The notes: a model not told the origin generated them from the letters alone. Numbered from the stretch's first letter, positions 27,030 through 44,670 are shown. The stretch: DNA of 64,000 nucleotides from Octopus vulgaris (GCA_951406725.2 OX597819.1:16120001-16184000); one strand, 5' to 3'. Numbers and translations: made by a program.

Positions 27030-27447
27030 TCATATGAAGAAAACATCATCGCACCAGATCCTCTTAAACAGGTTGAGCACTCAATTAGAATCGTCACCAT
27101 TGCTCCAGATATTGGGCTTCACGTCGTTTGCATAGCTAGGAGTGCAGCCCAAAGATTGGTTCTTGTCTTCAGAAGAAGATACTTCAGACTCCAACAAATA
27201 GCGAAATTATTCATGGCTCATGTGAAGCCCACCGTTAGGGTTTCGATCCCACCTCGAAGACTTTACTCTTGATACTGGTGTTGCTTTTTGCTGTTGTTCA
27301 GACAAAATTTCTTGACTGCTTTTTGAGAAATGCCATCCGATTGATTGGTGTAATTCAGCGACACGTTCTAGCTTCTGACTAAGTCCATTGTCTCCTCTCT
27401 CTAACTGTTCTGCCGTTACTATAATGGCCTCTGCTCCTACGAACTGT
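27030..27447 (+). pseudogene. Degenerate CR1/L2/Jockey-group LINE ORF2 C-terminal fragment
   Basis: Plus-strand pieces [26 protein letters not shown] and [14 protein letters not shown], typical of the post-RT region. Confidence 0.6.
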
Positions 27448-28325
<878 letters not shown>

Positions 28326-28807
28326 AAGACACATACTGATTGTGTGTGTGATACCGTATGTGTTATTTTCATGGCTGACGTCTGTGTAGTATCGTTGTAT
28401 ATTGAGAAGTATGTAGTGCAGTGTGTTTATGTGTGTGTATTTGTATGCGTGTTCGTCATATGTACGTTTGAATGAATATAAATGTGCGTATGTGTATGTG
28501 CGTGTGTATACGCGTGTATTCCCAGCTGCCAATAAAGAATGTGGGTGTTTTTAAGCGAGTCGTCGTCGACTGTGATGGACCACACCTGTCCACTTATTGT
28601 CTGAGCTGTCCATTCTCATCAATGGTAGGTGTGACAAGAAAATTGACCAGAGACAGGTTGGAGTGGAGATGGACGGGGAACGGAGGAGGGGAATGGACGA
28701 TAAGACTGGGGTGAGGGAGGACAAGCGATGCTGGCAGACGACACACACACTCATATACGAAGAAGAAGAAACTTATTTAGTTCAGAGACTAATGGCTAAT
28801 GGCTAAT

Positions 28808-28855
28808 CTGTGTGCGAGTGTGTGTGTTTATATATATATATATATATATATACGT

Positions 28856-28941
<86 letters not shown>

Positions 28942-29182
28942 GTATGTATGTATATGTATGTATATATATATATAGATATATATGTATGTATGTATATGTA
29001 TGTATGTATGTGTATGTATATATATATATAGATATATATGTATGTATGTATGTATATGTATGTATGTATGTATATGTATGTATATATATATATAGATATA
29101 TATGTATGTATGTATATATGTATGTATGTATATGTATGTATATATATATATATAGATATATATGTATGTATGTATATGTATG

Positions 29183-29229
<47 letters not shown>

Positions 29230-29234
29230 GTATG

Positions 29235-29297
<63 letters not shown>

Positions 29298-29345
29298 ATA
29301 TATATGTATGTATATATATATGTATGTATATATATATATGTATGT

Positions 29346-29379
<34 letters not shown>

Positions 29380-29386
29380 GTATATG

Positions 29387-29432
<46 letters not shown>

Positions 29433-29818
29433 TGCATGTATATATATATGCATGTATATATATATGCATGTATATATATATACATGTATGTATATATACA
29501 TGTATATATATATACATGTATGTATATATACATGTATGTATATATATACATGCATGCATGTATATATGCATGTATGTATATATATATGCATGTATGTATG
29601 TATATATGCATGTATGTATGTATATATGCATGTATGTATGTATATATGCATGTATGTATGTATATATGCATGTATGTATGTATATATGTATGTATGTATA
29701 TATGCATGTATGTATGTATATATGCTTGTGTGTATATATATATGCAGGTATGTATATATATATATATATGTATGTATGTATGTATATGTATGTATGTATG
29801 TATATATATGTATGTATG

Positions 29819-29854
<36 letters not shown>

Positions 29855-30112
29855 TGTATATGTATGTATGTATGTATATGTATGTATGTATGTATATATA
29901 TGTATGTATGTATATATATGTATGTATGTATATATGTATGTATGTATATATATATGTATGTATATATATATGTATGTATATATATATATGTATGTATATA
30001 TATATATGTATGTATATATATATATGTATGTATATATATATATGTATGTATATATATATATGTATATATATATATGTATGTATATATATATATGTATGTA
30101 TGTATATATATG

Positions 30113-30157
<45 letters not shown>

Positions 30158-30795
30158 GTATATATATGTATGTATGTATATATATGTATATATATGTATG
30201 TATGTATATATATGTATATATATGTATGTATGTATATATATGTATATATATGTATGTATGTATATATATGTATATATATGTATGTATGTATATATATGTA
30301 TATATATGTATGTATGTATATATATGTATATATATGTATGTATGTATATATATGTATATATATGTATGTATGTATATATATGTATGTATGTATATGTATG
30401 TATGTATATATGTATGTATGTATATATATATATGTATGTATATATATATATGTATGTATGTATATATATATATGTATGTATATATATATATGTATGTATA
30501 TATATATGTATGTATGTATATATATATGTATGTATATATATATGTATGTATGTATATATATATATATGTATGTATGTATATATATATATATGTATGTATG
30601 TATATATATATGTATGTATGTATGTATATGTATGTATGTATATATATATATATGTATGTATGTATATGTATGTATGTATATATATATATGTATGTATGTA
30701 TATATATATATGTATGTATGTATATATATGTCAGTATACATATATATGTATGTATGTATATATGTATGTATCGTCTTGTATGTGTGTGTGTATGT
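28808..30795. repeat. ~2-kb compound (TA)n/(TATG)n microsatellite
   Basis: Directly visible. It is the source of the 550-660 aa artefact ORFs. Confidence 0.97.
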
Positions 30796-31450
30796 GCTTG
30801 TATTAAAGATGGTGTGAAAGAGGAGAAATAAATAATGGAAGGTAGTGTGTAAGAGACGGGAGAAAGAGGGTGGAAGAGAGAAAGAGAGAGTATATAAAGC
30901 AGATTCCTGTGTGTAGAGCGTTCATATATGTTAATACGCAGCAGCTCACATTTTTGACGTGTTTTAGTAAATACGTTTGAATGTGTCTGTGTGTGTGTGT
31001 ATACTTATACACATGCACATATATAGTACATATATATAGTACATACACGTTAACGAACACGATTATGATAATTTTTTTTAGTTGGGGATCTTTCGTGTAC
31101 AATTAGTTCCCTATAAGTTAGCCCTTTTCTTATCGTCAAAATGAAATGATGATAATAATTGTTAGTAATTTCGGTACAAGGCCAGCTGTGATTTTAGGCG
31201 AGTAAATTCACACCATCAGTCCCAGTACTTTGCCTTGTACTCTAGTTTATCAGTTTCGAAAGGACGAGAGGTAAGGTTGATCTTGGGAGACGTTTGAATT
31301 CAGAAAGTAAAGATTCGCGTCAAGCATTAACCTCATTCATTGTATAAATTGCAAAAGACTATGGTTATAAAACTGATAAAGATCGACAACACCGGATTCG
31401 AAAAATTATTCAACGTTCGACTCTTGCTAGAGTTTATGATTATATTTTAC

Positions 31451-31782
31451 ATAGGCTCAGGAGTGGCTGTGTGGTAAGCAGCCTGATTACCAACCACATG
31501 GTTCCGGGTTCAGTCCCACTGCGTGGCACCTTGGGCAAGTGTCTTCTACTATAACCTCGAACTGACCAAAGCCTTGTGAGTGGATTTGGTTGACAGAAAC
31601 TGAAAGAAGCCCGCCGTATATATATGTATGTGTGTGTGTGTGTGTGTGTATGTTTGTGTATGTGCCCCTCCCCTCAAACATCCCTTGGCAACCGATGCTG
31701 GTGTGTGTACACCCCCGTAACATAACGGTTCGGCAAAAAGAGACCGATAGAATAAGTACTAGGCTTACAAAGAATAAATCCC
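31451..31782 (+). mobile_element. SINE family A copy (3'-truncated)
   Basis: Head ATAGGCTCAGGAGTGGCTGTGTGG; ends after CTTACAAAGAATAAATCC. Confidence 0.88.
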
Positions 31783-32869
31783 TTAATCTACTGTGTTTAT
31801 TTTAGAACAATAGCTTTCCCAGATCCAAATTGTACGTTGATATTTTAATTCACTAGGGTCTAGAATCTAGACTTTATCACCTGAATGAAGAAATGCAACT
31901 AATAGCGCGTTTATTCGCGAGCTATGGAAGCGCTTTCCCGTCGGTTGACTTTGCATTTGTAACAATTACAGCTTACCTTACATTACAGCTTATTGAAATA
32001 AACTCAATAAAATTAAGGAGAAAAAATGTTAGTCGATACGAAAAAACAAAACAAAACAATTTTATACAGAATTGTAGACAAAAAAAAATTGGAAGAACAA
32101 ATATGAAAGATTAAAAAAACATATGATTGTTTCTTGAGCCATGCTAGACTCATTAGTGCCGGCTTTCCGGTTTCCAATGGCGTATAAATTCCCCGCAGGA
32201 TTAGTCTTTTTTGCCATCTGAGTGGACTGAGGCAAGATGAAATGAAGTGCTTTGCTCAAGAACACTACGCATCGCCCGGTCCAGGAATGGAAACCACAAT
32301 CTTACAATCATGAGCCCAACACCCCCAACCACTAAGCCACGCGCCTCCAATTATGAACGATAGCAAAATACAAACAAAAATTTAAGATGGATACTACATC
32401 TCTTTTAATCTTTTACTTGTTAAAGTCGTTTGACTGCGGCCACGCTGGAGCACTGCTTTTAGTCGAACAAATCGACTTGGAAGAAAGCAGCGAATGTATA
32501 CGAAAACAAGGACGGAAAAAAAACTGGAGAAATGGTATACAAATACAAATAACAGGACATTAACAACAGGTGTCTTTCCACTAAGGACGAATTGAATTAA
32601 GCTGGCGTGTGTGTGGAAGTAAAGCCTTACGGCAGGGACATATTATTTGACAGGCACAAGGAGGAATATAGATGTTGCACGGATGGTAGTCGAACCAAGA
32701 AAGAAAGGTCAGGCTTGGCCGAACACCGGTTACGTGGGGAGAGAAGAGAGAGAGGTAGAGGCAGACGGATAGAAGAATTAAGGAGGGGCAAGAAAAAAAT
32801 GAAAAGGACGGAGTACAGACGTGTGCACACAGAAATATGTACGTATGTCTCTTCTATTTTTTTAATTAT

Positions 32870-33090
32870 TATAAATCTTCCACTGAGGAGGGAGCCGGTT
32901 TCCAACAAAGAAAGAAGTATCCATCTTTGGGATGTAGTTAGCACAGACAAATTCACATTTGGAACTTGAGGAAAGTCTTGCATATCTTTACTGTTCCACT
33001 CACAGATTGCACTTGTAATGTACGAATCAGTCGGTCGATATCTCTTTCTGAAAATCCCAGTTTATCCAGATTCTCCTTTAAGAATGCATG
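32870..33090 (-). pseudogene. 3' end of an RLE-type (R4/Dong-like) non-LTR retrotransposon
   Basis: FLKENLDKLGFSERDIDRLIRTLQVQSVSGTVKICKTFLKFQM*, homologous to the C-terminus at 57960-58100. Confidence 0.75.
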
Positions 33091-33234
33091 TATGTATGTT
33101 GATAGGTAGCTAGGCAGAGAGGCAGGTATATATGTATTCCAGCGCCGAAATCGTAATGGATTTGATACTAACACAACTAACAAGAGATAGTGTGAGGTTT
33201 GTTTTTCTTTTCGTTAATTTTTGTCCATGTTGTC

Positions 33235-33430
33235 TAACTTTACTTGTTTCAGTCAATTGACTGCGGCCAAGCTGGGGCACCGCATTGAAAGGTTTGGTCG
33301 AACGAATCGAACCCAGCACTTATTTGTTTAAGCCTTGTACGTATTCTATCGGTTTCTTTTAGATCACGCGGATATAAACAAACTAACTACGGCTGCCAAG
33401 CATTGGTGGGGTACAAAGACACCACACTCA
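33235..33430 (-). mobile_element. SINE family A-related 3' half (diverged)
   Basis: TACTTGTTTCAGTCAATTGACTGCGGCCAAGCTGGGGCACC tail. Confidence 0.7.
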
Positions 33431-33450
33431 TAAATGTATACATACATACG

Positions 33451-33482
<32 letters not shown>

Positions 33483-33829
33483 GACATGCACATAGACAGA
33501 GAGACAGACAGACAGACAGACACACACACACACACACACACACACATTCACACACAAGCGAAAGGCTGAGACAAAAACAGGAAGGGGAAGCGAAAACGTT
33601 GACGAGAGAAGTGGTGTATATGATGTACGAAACTGAGACACTCCTCTACCCACTTACCCTCCCCCTCCCCGCCATAACACATACAGCGCTGTATCATAGC
33701 TATCCTAGCAACAACAACCATAGCAACAGTGACATCCTCATCTTTCACTCACAAAAATTATTTGGTAGAAAGTAGAAGATAATAAATGAGGAACGAACAT
33801 TCTTTCTGGATGTTGTCTTTGGTGGTAAC

Positions 33830-34205
33830 AGCCGTGGTGGTGGTGGTGGCGGTGTCGTGCAGTGGGAGGAATGGGGGTGGGGCGAATGTTTAGTGGTGTT
33901 GTTGTGCTGTAGTAGTTGTGTTGTAGTTTAGTGATTGCGGTTGTGGTGGTAGTAGTGGTGGTGGTGTGTTGCTGTGGTAACAGGTGGTGAGAAAATGTGG
34001 CAGTGAGGTTGTAGCTAACGTCAGTCGTTTGTGATCATGCCGCCATCGCCACCACCACCACCACAACCACCACCATCACCAACAGCAACAAAGTCACCAC
34101 AAGACAACCACATTCACTACTACCACCATTACTAACACCACCACCACCACCACCACCACCACCACTGCTACTACTACTACTTCTACTACTACTACCACCA
34201 CCACA

Positions 34206-34269
<64 letters not shown>

Positions 34270-34660
34270 AAACAACTTCTTCAGTCCCGGACTTCCTCAT
34301 AGTCATCAACGATGTTCGTAGTATATTCGGATATTAGCAGGTGGGTGGGAGGTGGTGGTGGTTGTAGCTGCGATGGGAGTGTAGGTTGTGATGATGATGA
34401 TGATGATGAAGGGGAAGAGGCGGAATGTGATGGCGTGGGGGTAGTGGTGGTACTGTATGTGATAATGGTGACGATTGAGGGGTAGTTTGGTGGTGTTGGG
34501 TTGGGAGGTGAGGGTAGCAATGGCGGTGGTGTGATGGTGCGGATGACTGTGGTAGTCGTCGGGATAATGGTGAGGGTGGTGGGTGGGTGGTGGCAGCGGT
34601 AGTAGTGATAATGGTGATGACACTAATGTAGGTGGTGGTGGTGATGGTGAAGGTTGAAGA
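33830..34660. repeat. (GGT)n/(ACC)n/(ACT)n low-complexity region
   Basis: Directly visible trinucleotide runs on alternating strands. Confidence 0.85.
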
Positions 34661-35172
34661 GGGGGATGAGAAACGAAGTAAATAAAGCGTAAACGGGTGC
34701 GCAGGAGGTGAGCTTTGGGTACACACATGTGTGGAGGCGAGAGGGTGGTGGTTGATGAAGGAAAGTCACAAGCCCCAAGCCTTCCATTGCCACACTCTAT
34801 GTCTCACAGTGGGGGACTCTGTGAGCGGGGGGGGGGTAGAGAAAGATGTGACTACTACGAATAATAGTAGTAGCAGTGGAGGGGTGTAGAGGTGTTGCGG
34901 GTGGTTTGTTGGTACTGATGTGTGTTTGGGTGTGGTGGCTTACAAATGTGCGAAAGAAAGAAAGAGAGAGAGAGAGAGAGGGAGGGAGGGAGGGGAATGG
35001 GGACACCGAGGGTAAGACGGAAAGCAGGAGATAGGTTCGTCTCATCCATTTTTTCCACCCCACTTCTTGTACACCCTCCACCACTGTCTCATCCAAGCAG
35101 CAGACACTGCCAGTTAATGGTTCCTCGAGAAGGCAGCGAAACAATATACACATACATACATACATACATACA

Positions 35173-35214
<42 letters not shown>

Positions 35215-35624
35215 CTTCGAAACGCAGAGTAGATGAAACCATGGCGACTGAAGAAGGGGAATTTTCCTTGTGTTATTTGTCCTGTACTCTATTTTTTTTT
35301 TGTTTAAGAAAAATGTCCAGTTCCTTGGTTTTGTGTTTGTTTTCGTTTCTCATTGTGTTCGACGTTTTTTTTGTTTGTGTCCTGTACATATATATGCGTG
35401 TATATATACATGTAGAGGTAGGTACGTACATATATGTATGTATATATGCATATGTTTTATTTATTAATTTATTATATATATATAAGTGAATATGTGTTTG
35501 CGGGTGTGGGTTCTTTCAAAGTTACTTATTGATCCAGTCGCTACTCGGAGTTTCTCACTCTTGTATGTTACTACAGATGACACACTTTCTGTCTGTCTGT
35601 CTCTCTGTCCCCTTGTCTCTCTTT

Positions 35625-35675
<51 letters not shown>

Positions 35676-35938
35676 ATCTATAGCGGTACACAGACGTATT
35701 CTAGTTCACGTGAGCGAGAATGTCATCACTGTAGAGTGCTCAACAACTCAACAAGTGGTCGATACTATGACTTCATTTCTATACGAATAGAACCCACGGG
35801 AAGAATGGAAGACTTCAATTGTACAACCAATGAAGACAATATGAAATGCTACTTATTTGCTTTATCCAGACGTTTAAATGCTTCAAGGCTTACCTCGTCA
35901 GTCGTGTTAACTAAACGGCTTCATACATCTCTCTCTCG

Positions 35939-36604
<666 letters not shown>

Positions 36605-37044
36605 ATTAGGCTCACAATATATATATATATATATCAGTTATTGAAATAACAAGGGAGCTGGTTTTATAAGTGTGTTAGAAATGGACAAACAACGAAGCAG
36701 ATACTTTATATATCACCGAAATATGACGAGGGCTTTTGAAAAGGTAACAAAAAATATCTTCTCTGTGCTGGACTGGAGTAACTTGATAAATTACATAATT
36801 ACATACCTGAAGCTTATATATAAACAGTAAACAGGTGTTGTTAGCCAAATGTACCTTTGATTGCTTTATGTACGTTTGGACATCGTTTGTTGTCTTCACT
36901 CTGTCTTTTGTGTATTGTGAATGTGGCGGGGGTGTAAGAAATTTCTAATATTTTCGTCTTCCACGAATAGAAGATTTGTTGATATTGAGCGTGTTACGGG
37001 ATCGGATTTCTCTGTGTATTAAATGATGTTAAAGAAGTGTGAGA

Positions 37045-37104
<60 letters not shown>

Positions 37105-37239
37105 CACGAACATGGCTAGATGCTCTCAGAATGAGAGAGAGTGGGGGAGAGGGAGATGAGATTATCTGTTGTGTAAAGGTGTCAGAAGGTCGTATAAGCA
37201 TAGGCTGAGAATGGTAGGTGAATGGATGCATCGCTGAGG

Positions 37240-37650
37240 TCGTCGTCGTCGGCTCCAGCTCGTATCCGAGCATTGGATTCACCAGTTTCCATCCGGTCTC
37301 CTCGGCTGATGTTTGTACCGAATGTGACCTAGGAGCCCAAACCGATGGTGAAAGAGTCGTGGGCAGAATTCATACAGAATGGTTGGTGCAGGTCGAGAAT
37401 GCTGAAGACGATCCTTTCTTCTCCGTTTTACCTCTTCGTTCTGTTGTCTGTTCAGCTTGAAGAAGCTGGCTCCATTGCGGATAGCAGTCCCCCAGGCTGT
37501 CCTATCCATGGCAATCTGTTCCCATGAGGATGTTAGCTTGAGCCAAGATCCGTTTGAGCTGGGTATTCCATACAGGAAGTGCACTTCTTGTATACTTGAC
37601 AAACTGATAGGGAGTTTATTCGTCAGTAGTTTGTCTTCTTTCATAAGATG
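37240..37650 (-). pseudogene. RTE-clade LINE 3' fragment
   Basis: WEQIAMDRTAWGTAIRNGASFF...KRRRK...FCPRLFHHRFGLLGHIR (RTE C-terminus with zinc-finger-like motif), with a short (GAC)n tail. Confidence 0.75.
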
Positions 37651-38345
37651 GTGTTCGGTGCTTTTATATGAGACAATACGCGGAAAAGAAGTCGAAATAT
37701 TATGCTGATGCCGTCGATAAATTGAATATTACGTTTTGATTTTTTACCTATTTTCTGTAAAGTGGCTGAGTTAAGTTGTCATAACTGAAACTTTGAATTG
37801 GCGAGGGATGCGAGCGTTAGCGATGTCATAGAATCTCTGAGAGTGTGCTTAAGAAGGGCCGTGGATCTGTATAAAGCTGCTCCGTTTTGTTATTTTTTTA
37901 TTTTTTTTTGCTGGATTGAGAGAATCTTTAGAATTGTCATTCTTTTCTCAACTCACCGGATCTAGGAATTTGGTACGAGTGGCTATAGGGGTTAGTGACT
38001 GCAGTGACTCCTTCAGATCCCACAAGTATTAGGTTTATGTTAGTGATTTTGCATGAACCCTAAGGTTTTAGAATTCATTTTAGATTTCGCTAATGCGTTA
38101 TGAATATCAAAAGCGCCAAAATACTGATCCCCGTTTTTCTTCTTTCCCTGTTTTTTGTTTTGGGAGGCTGTTGGTGGCTGATTTTCTAGGAATGTATGAT
38201 GGGTGCCTTTACCTGTTTTATTGGAGTCCGATTTTATGACATGAAACGCGTTGACGTTGCTATCATTGTAGAAACTAATGCTTCGCTTATTGTTTGCAAG
38301 TTTATGATGGATACCAAAGCTTGCCAGATGACTGTTTTGCTATAC

Positions 38346-38762
38346 TCTTTTACTCTTTTTACTTGTTTCAGTCATTTGACTGCGGCCATGCTGGAGCACC
38401 GCCTTTAGTCGAGCAAATCGACCCCGGGACTTATTCTTTGTAAGCCCAGTACTTATTCTATCGGTCTCTTTTGCCGAACCGCTAAGTTACGGGGACGTAA
38501 ACACACCAGCATCGGTTGTCAAGCAATGCTAGGGGGACAAACACAGACACACAAACATATACACACACACTTATATATATATATATACATATATACGACA
38601 GGCTTCTTTCAGTTTCCGTCTACCAAATCCACTCACAAGGCATTGGTCGGCCCGGGGCTACAGCAGAAGACACTTGCCCAAGATGCCACGCAGTGGGACT
38701 GAACCCGGAACCATGTGGTTGGTTAGCAAGCTACTTACCACACAGCCACTCCTGCGCCTATA
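38346..38762 (-). mobile_element. SINE family A copy (young subfamily)
   Basis: Nearly identical to 73-492 in reverse complement. Confidence 0.92.
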
Positions 38763-39130
38763 GTTTATTTTGTTTATGTTTCAGGGGACAGCGAGAGAAA
38801 AAGAAAGGGACACATATATACATAGGTAAATGTTCGCAAACACAGAGTGAAAGAGTACGGCAGAGAACGAGAGAAATCTTAAAACGTCTGATGTCAAATA
38901 AGTCAGCGTTGAATCATTGACTTCAAATAACCGGTTCCAAAAGGGCTGCGCTAAAACGTCTCATACCACTTCAACCATTATTCAAGCCATGACCTTGTCT
39001 TATTTTCTGACATAATATAAAACTGATATTATTTTATCTTGTCCGTTTAACCTTCTAAAAACGAGAGGGAACCAATGTGTGCTATTTCTTGGTAATCTAG
39101 CGAAAGACCTCGACGGCGAAATTTGTAATC

Positions 39131-39565
<435 letters not shown>

Positions 39566-40367
39566 GAGAGAGATAGATATGTACACACGCACACATATCG
39601 GCATACATACCCGCATGTTCTCCAACCCCCATTCCGCCCAAAAGTCTTTGGGTCGATGAAATCGATTGATCTGAAATATAGATAATCACATTTTTATATA
39701 CATCCACTATTTTATATAAATTCGCGTGCGCGCACAGACACACACATCTAATTATATATATATTTATAATTTCATGTTAAAATCCCTATCTCCTCTTCCC
39801 TCTCTCTTCCCCCTTTCTGCTCCCCTCTTTATCTATCTGTGTCTCTCTCTCTCTTTTTCTCTCTCTGTCTCTCTGAGGTGGTTCTTTTTACTATGGCGCA
39901 TTGCAAATTCAACGAGTGATTCGGTTAACTTGACCTTTTTTCCCCCCACCCACATCTGGAGGAGGCTGTGTGTGTGGTGTATAGTGCATTCTGTGTGTAT
40001 ATGTGTATGGTGTGAATGTGTAGTGTTTTGTGTGTATTTATGTGCAGTGTGTATAGTGTGTGCATACAGTGTATGTCTTGTATGTAGTGTGCTTGTGTGT
40101 ACGTGTGCAGTGTGTATAATATGTAGAAATGCTGTCGGTGTAGCTCGTGAGAGTGCCGTGTGTACAGTCTGTGTGTCCACTACGTGTGTGTGTGTGTGCG
40201 TGTGTGTGTGTGTATGTGTGTGTGTGTGCGTGCGTGAGTGCGATGTGTGAATTATGTACGTGTTGTGTGTGTGCAGTGTTTTCTTTATGCATGTGTGTGC
40301 GTGTGTTATGTATGGAGCAAGTATGCGTAGTGTGTATGTGTGTATGTCTGTGCATATGCAACATATT

Positions 40368-40402
<35 letters not shown>

Positions 40403-41259
40403 GGGGTGGAGCATGTGTGTGTGTGTGTGTGTGTGTCTGTATTGCGTATGCGCAATGTGTGGATGCGAGTGTATGTGTGTGTGTAGGTATATTTGGATGC
40501 GTAAAGTGGGGGGTGGGGTGGGGTGGGCGGGTCTGTCTATAATTTAAGCCATTAGTCATGCAATGTTGTTTGGGCGTCGGAGCCTTTCGTTTCGTTTAGA
40601 GATTTTTTTTTTTTTTTTTTTTTACCAACTTCCATCCGCAGTTACGTTGTTGGCTCTCTTCATCTCCAGCATCGACCGAAAACTATTGGAACAATTTCAA
40701 AGACCGAAACGAAGCTAGTTGAAGCAATATTCGGACGGTGAACGTTACGTCATTACCAAGGCGCACCAACAATACTGTTTTTTTTTTTTTTTTCAAACAA
40801 TTATTACCGGAAGAATTGTGTGCAAAGGAGGGCGGAGAGGAGGAGGAGGAGGAGGAGGAGGAGTGAAAGGAAGTGGAGAGAAAGAGGTGTGCGCGCGTGT
40901 GTATGTGTGTAGGTAAAAAAACTGTGTCTGCGCCGAGATGTTGATTTTATGCCCAAGTGTGTGATGCACCTATATATGTATGTGTGTGTGTATAACATTT
41001 ATATAAATATGTGTACGTGTGCTTTAAGATTTCTTCTATCTCTTTCATTCACCGGATTAAAGTAACCACTGCCTTCAAAGGTTCTTGGTCGGTTCTTTCG
41101 TCATCAGTATTTAAGTCATATATTTCGTCAAACTGTATTTGTTGAATTGCCGAAACACTCTTGATAATACACAACTCAGCATAATGTTTTAAACTGTTAA
41201 ATACGGACATAGACACGCAAAAGCATATAAACATACAAAATATGTATTATATACATACA

Positions 41260-41313
<54 letters not shown>

Positions 41314-41435
41314 GCAAGAAGAAAATGGAGAGGATCCAGAGGTAGTATGCATCAACTGTTAGACATTATATTATGTCCATTTATTTATTTTAAACAATTA
41401 TGAGAATATATATACATATGTAAAGATTGTGTTTT

Positions 41436-41507
<72 letters not shown>

Positions 41508-41612
41508 ACCAGTAATTTCTAGAATAGAGAAAGAACAGTTTCTTATAGTACCCCACATGTTATTTCAATCTTTTCAGTGTACTGTAGTGATCGGTAGATA
41601 AAATAAGGGTAC

Positions 41613-41650
<38 letters not shown>

Positions 41651-41783
41651 GTGTTATATTAATTATCTTTTTTAATAATTTTGATATATATTTAAATAAT
41701 ATAAATTAATTAATCTTATGTATTGGCTTGAGTTTTTCATTGTATGATTTGCCTAATAGTGGTTTTATCTCTAATTTAATATA

Positions 41784-41833
<50 letters not shown>

Positions 41834-41912
41834 ATTGTTTAAAATAAATAAATGGACATATAATGTCTAACAGTTGATGTATACTATCTCTGGGTCCCCT
41901 CAATTTTCTTGC
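41314..41912. repeat. ~85-bp inverted repeat pair separated by microsatellite-rich spacer
   Basis: 41314-41400 GCAAGAAG...CATCAACTGTTAGACATT...TTTAAACAATTA versus 41831-41912 TAATTGTTTAAA...GTCTAACAGTTGATG...TTCTTGC. Confidence 0.8.
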
Positions 41913-42087
41913 CGTATAAATTAAGGGCAAAACCACTTTTTACCCTCGCCCATTTATTACGCTCAATAATGTAATAGCCACGCAATAACCACCACTTGTG
42001 TATTAATAATTGGGTGATTTACCAACAATATATTGGATAGATATTATCTCTTAGTTGGTTGGATTCACAACCTCTAACTCTCTTTGA

Positions 42088-42135
<48 letters not shown>

Positions 42136-42310
42136 CAAGACAGGAAATAGCCATTCCCTTCACGGAGGTTTAAAATGAAATTAAGTCGTTCAGTAGAGAA
42201 AATACATGAGTGATCCTTTTGAAAGCATGATTCTGAATATTATGAGATCCAACTGGTGAAACATTTAGTAGCAGGTATAACAATCAACTAAACGCAGAGA
42301 GAGACGCACG

Positions 42311-42379
<69 letters not shown>

Positions 42380-42766
42380 TGACTCCAAATTTTTCTGCTG
42401 GTGCCCCTTTAAAAGTGTAGAGCGAAGACTAGAAATCGGGGTTATGCGCCCTTCCTCATTATTTAAAGGAGGAGAAATTAGTCAAAACAGGGAATGTAAT
42501 GTGTCGGCTGATATATTATACACTTCTATACACGACCCTGAGACTTCCAACTCCGCCCACCTCTTCTGTATCTCCTACTTTATCAATGTTTCACTTTCTA
42601 TTTCCCTACGCACCCCCTATTTAATGTAAATACTGACCACCTGACCACAGCCACTTATTCTTACCATCATAGTTTGGATAAATTCATGGTTACAGTAATG
42701 ATGGAGAAATAAACAGATTTAAGCTTCATTATAAGTAATTGTTTTAAAGTTTGACTAAGCCTGCTC

Positions 42767-42940
42767 ATCATCATCATCATCGTCAGTTAACATCCATGTT
42801 CCATGCTGGTATGGGCTGACGGTTTTACAGGATCCGGCGAGCCACAAGGCTGCATACCACTCCATGTCTGCTTTGGCATGATTTCTACAACCGGATGCCC
42901 TTCCTAACGCCTACCGCTTTACAGTGCGTAGTAGGTGCTG
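42767..42940 (-). mobile_element. SINE/LINE 3' fragment with GGCGTTAGGAAGGGCATCC motif and (GAT)n tail
   Basis: Motif shared with 60555-60625 on the plus strand. Confidence 0.6.
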
Positions 42941-43519
42941 TAAACAAAAGTATAACAAATTTTAGACTGTGTACACACACACGTATTTAGATTTTATGTA
43001 TTTCACCCATCCGAATGTGTAAAAACCTGAGCAAAATTGCATAGCAATGTCGTCTACCTTGGATAAATATGTTCTACAATTGAACCAACTAAATGCACAT
43101 AAATGCTACGTCAGACGACACGAAGATTCTTATCCAGCAGAAACACGTGTCAGATTGGAATTTTATGAGAATAGAACTGCAATAATCAAATCTTGAAGAT
43201 GTATTGTCCTCCATTTTTCTTTATGATATCTTGATTAAAGACTTTGTATAGTGTACGGAATGCAGTGACGCGAACTCGGGATTAACCTATCGTGTTCAAT
43301 TGTTTATATTAAACAATTACATATGCTCCCCATCATTCGATGTGGTGAACCAAATCTGGATTTGATCAAAGTGCTAATGGAGTACCTGCCCAGATTACAA
43401 ATCCCTATTTCTGGCACGAAAGTCTCGTGCCTTGAGTGACTCTGTTGCTTCTGGTAAATATTAATAAAAATATAGTTGTATTCATATTTTGCGCTCTATT
43501 TTACTAGTATGCATCAGCA

Positions 43520-44540
<1,021 letters not shown>

Positions 44541-44634
44541 TTGTGTTTAGTTGAAATTTACAGAATAGCAAAAGACGAAGACAAATGTATGAACAAGCAA
44601 GTGTATTAGTTTGACGCTCGGAAAGTGAAAAAGT

Positions 44635-44670
44635 ATTTTACGTTTCGAGCTTACGCTCTTCAACAGAAAG
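44635..44670 (-). ncRNA. Degenerate hammerhead-like motif in a probable PLE terminal-repeat remnant
   Basis: Minus strand CUGUUGA-A-GAGC-GUAA-GCUC-GAAAC-GUA, with a perfect 4-bp stem II. Confidence 0.45.

Noticed and set aside
27207-27447. Minus-strand non-repetitive tail of the 441-aa ORF
   Set aside because: The plus strand carries LINE ORF2-like motifs, so the minus frame is incidental.
28796-30831. Very long ORFs (up to 664 aa) rich in Y/I/M/V/C/H/T, and all similar ORFs elsewhere
   Set aside because: They are translations of TA/TG/TATG microsatellites, which lack stop codons, and carry no real coding signal.
35676-35930. Possible exon after (CT)n-CAG (IYSGTQTYSS...ECHHC...FNCTT)
   Set aside because: No recognisable domain or clear donor; part of it resembles a decayed reverse SINE C.
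40650-40740. Possible exon after poly-T and CCGCAG
   Set aside because: The phase-0 frame hits a stop, the other frames give nothing recognisable, and the donor is weak.
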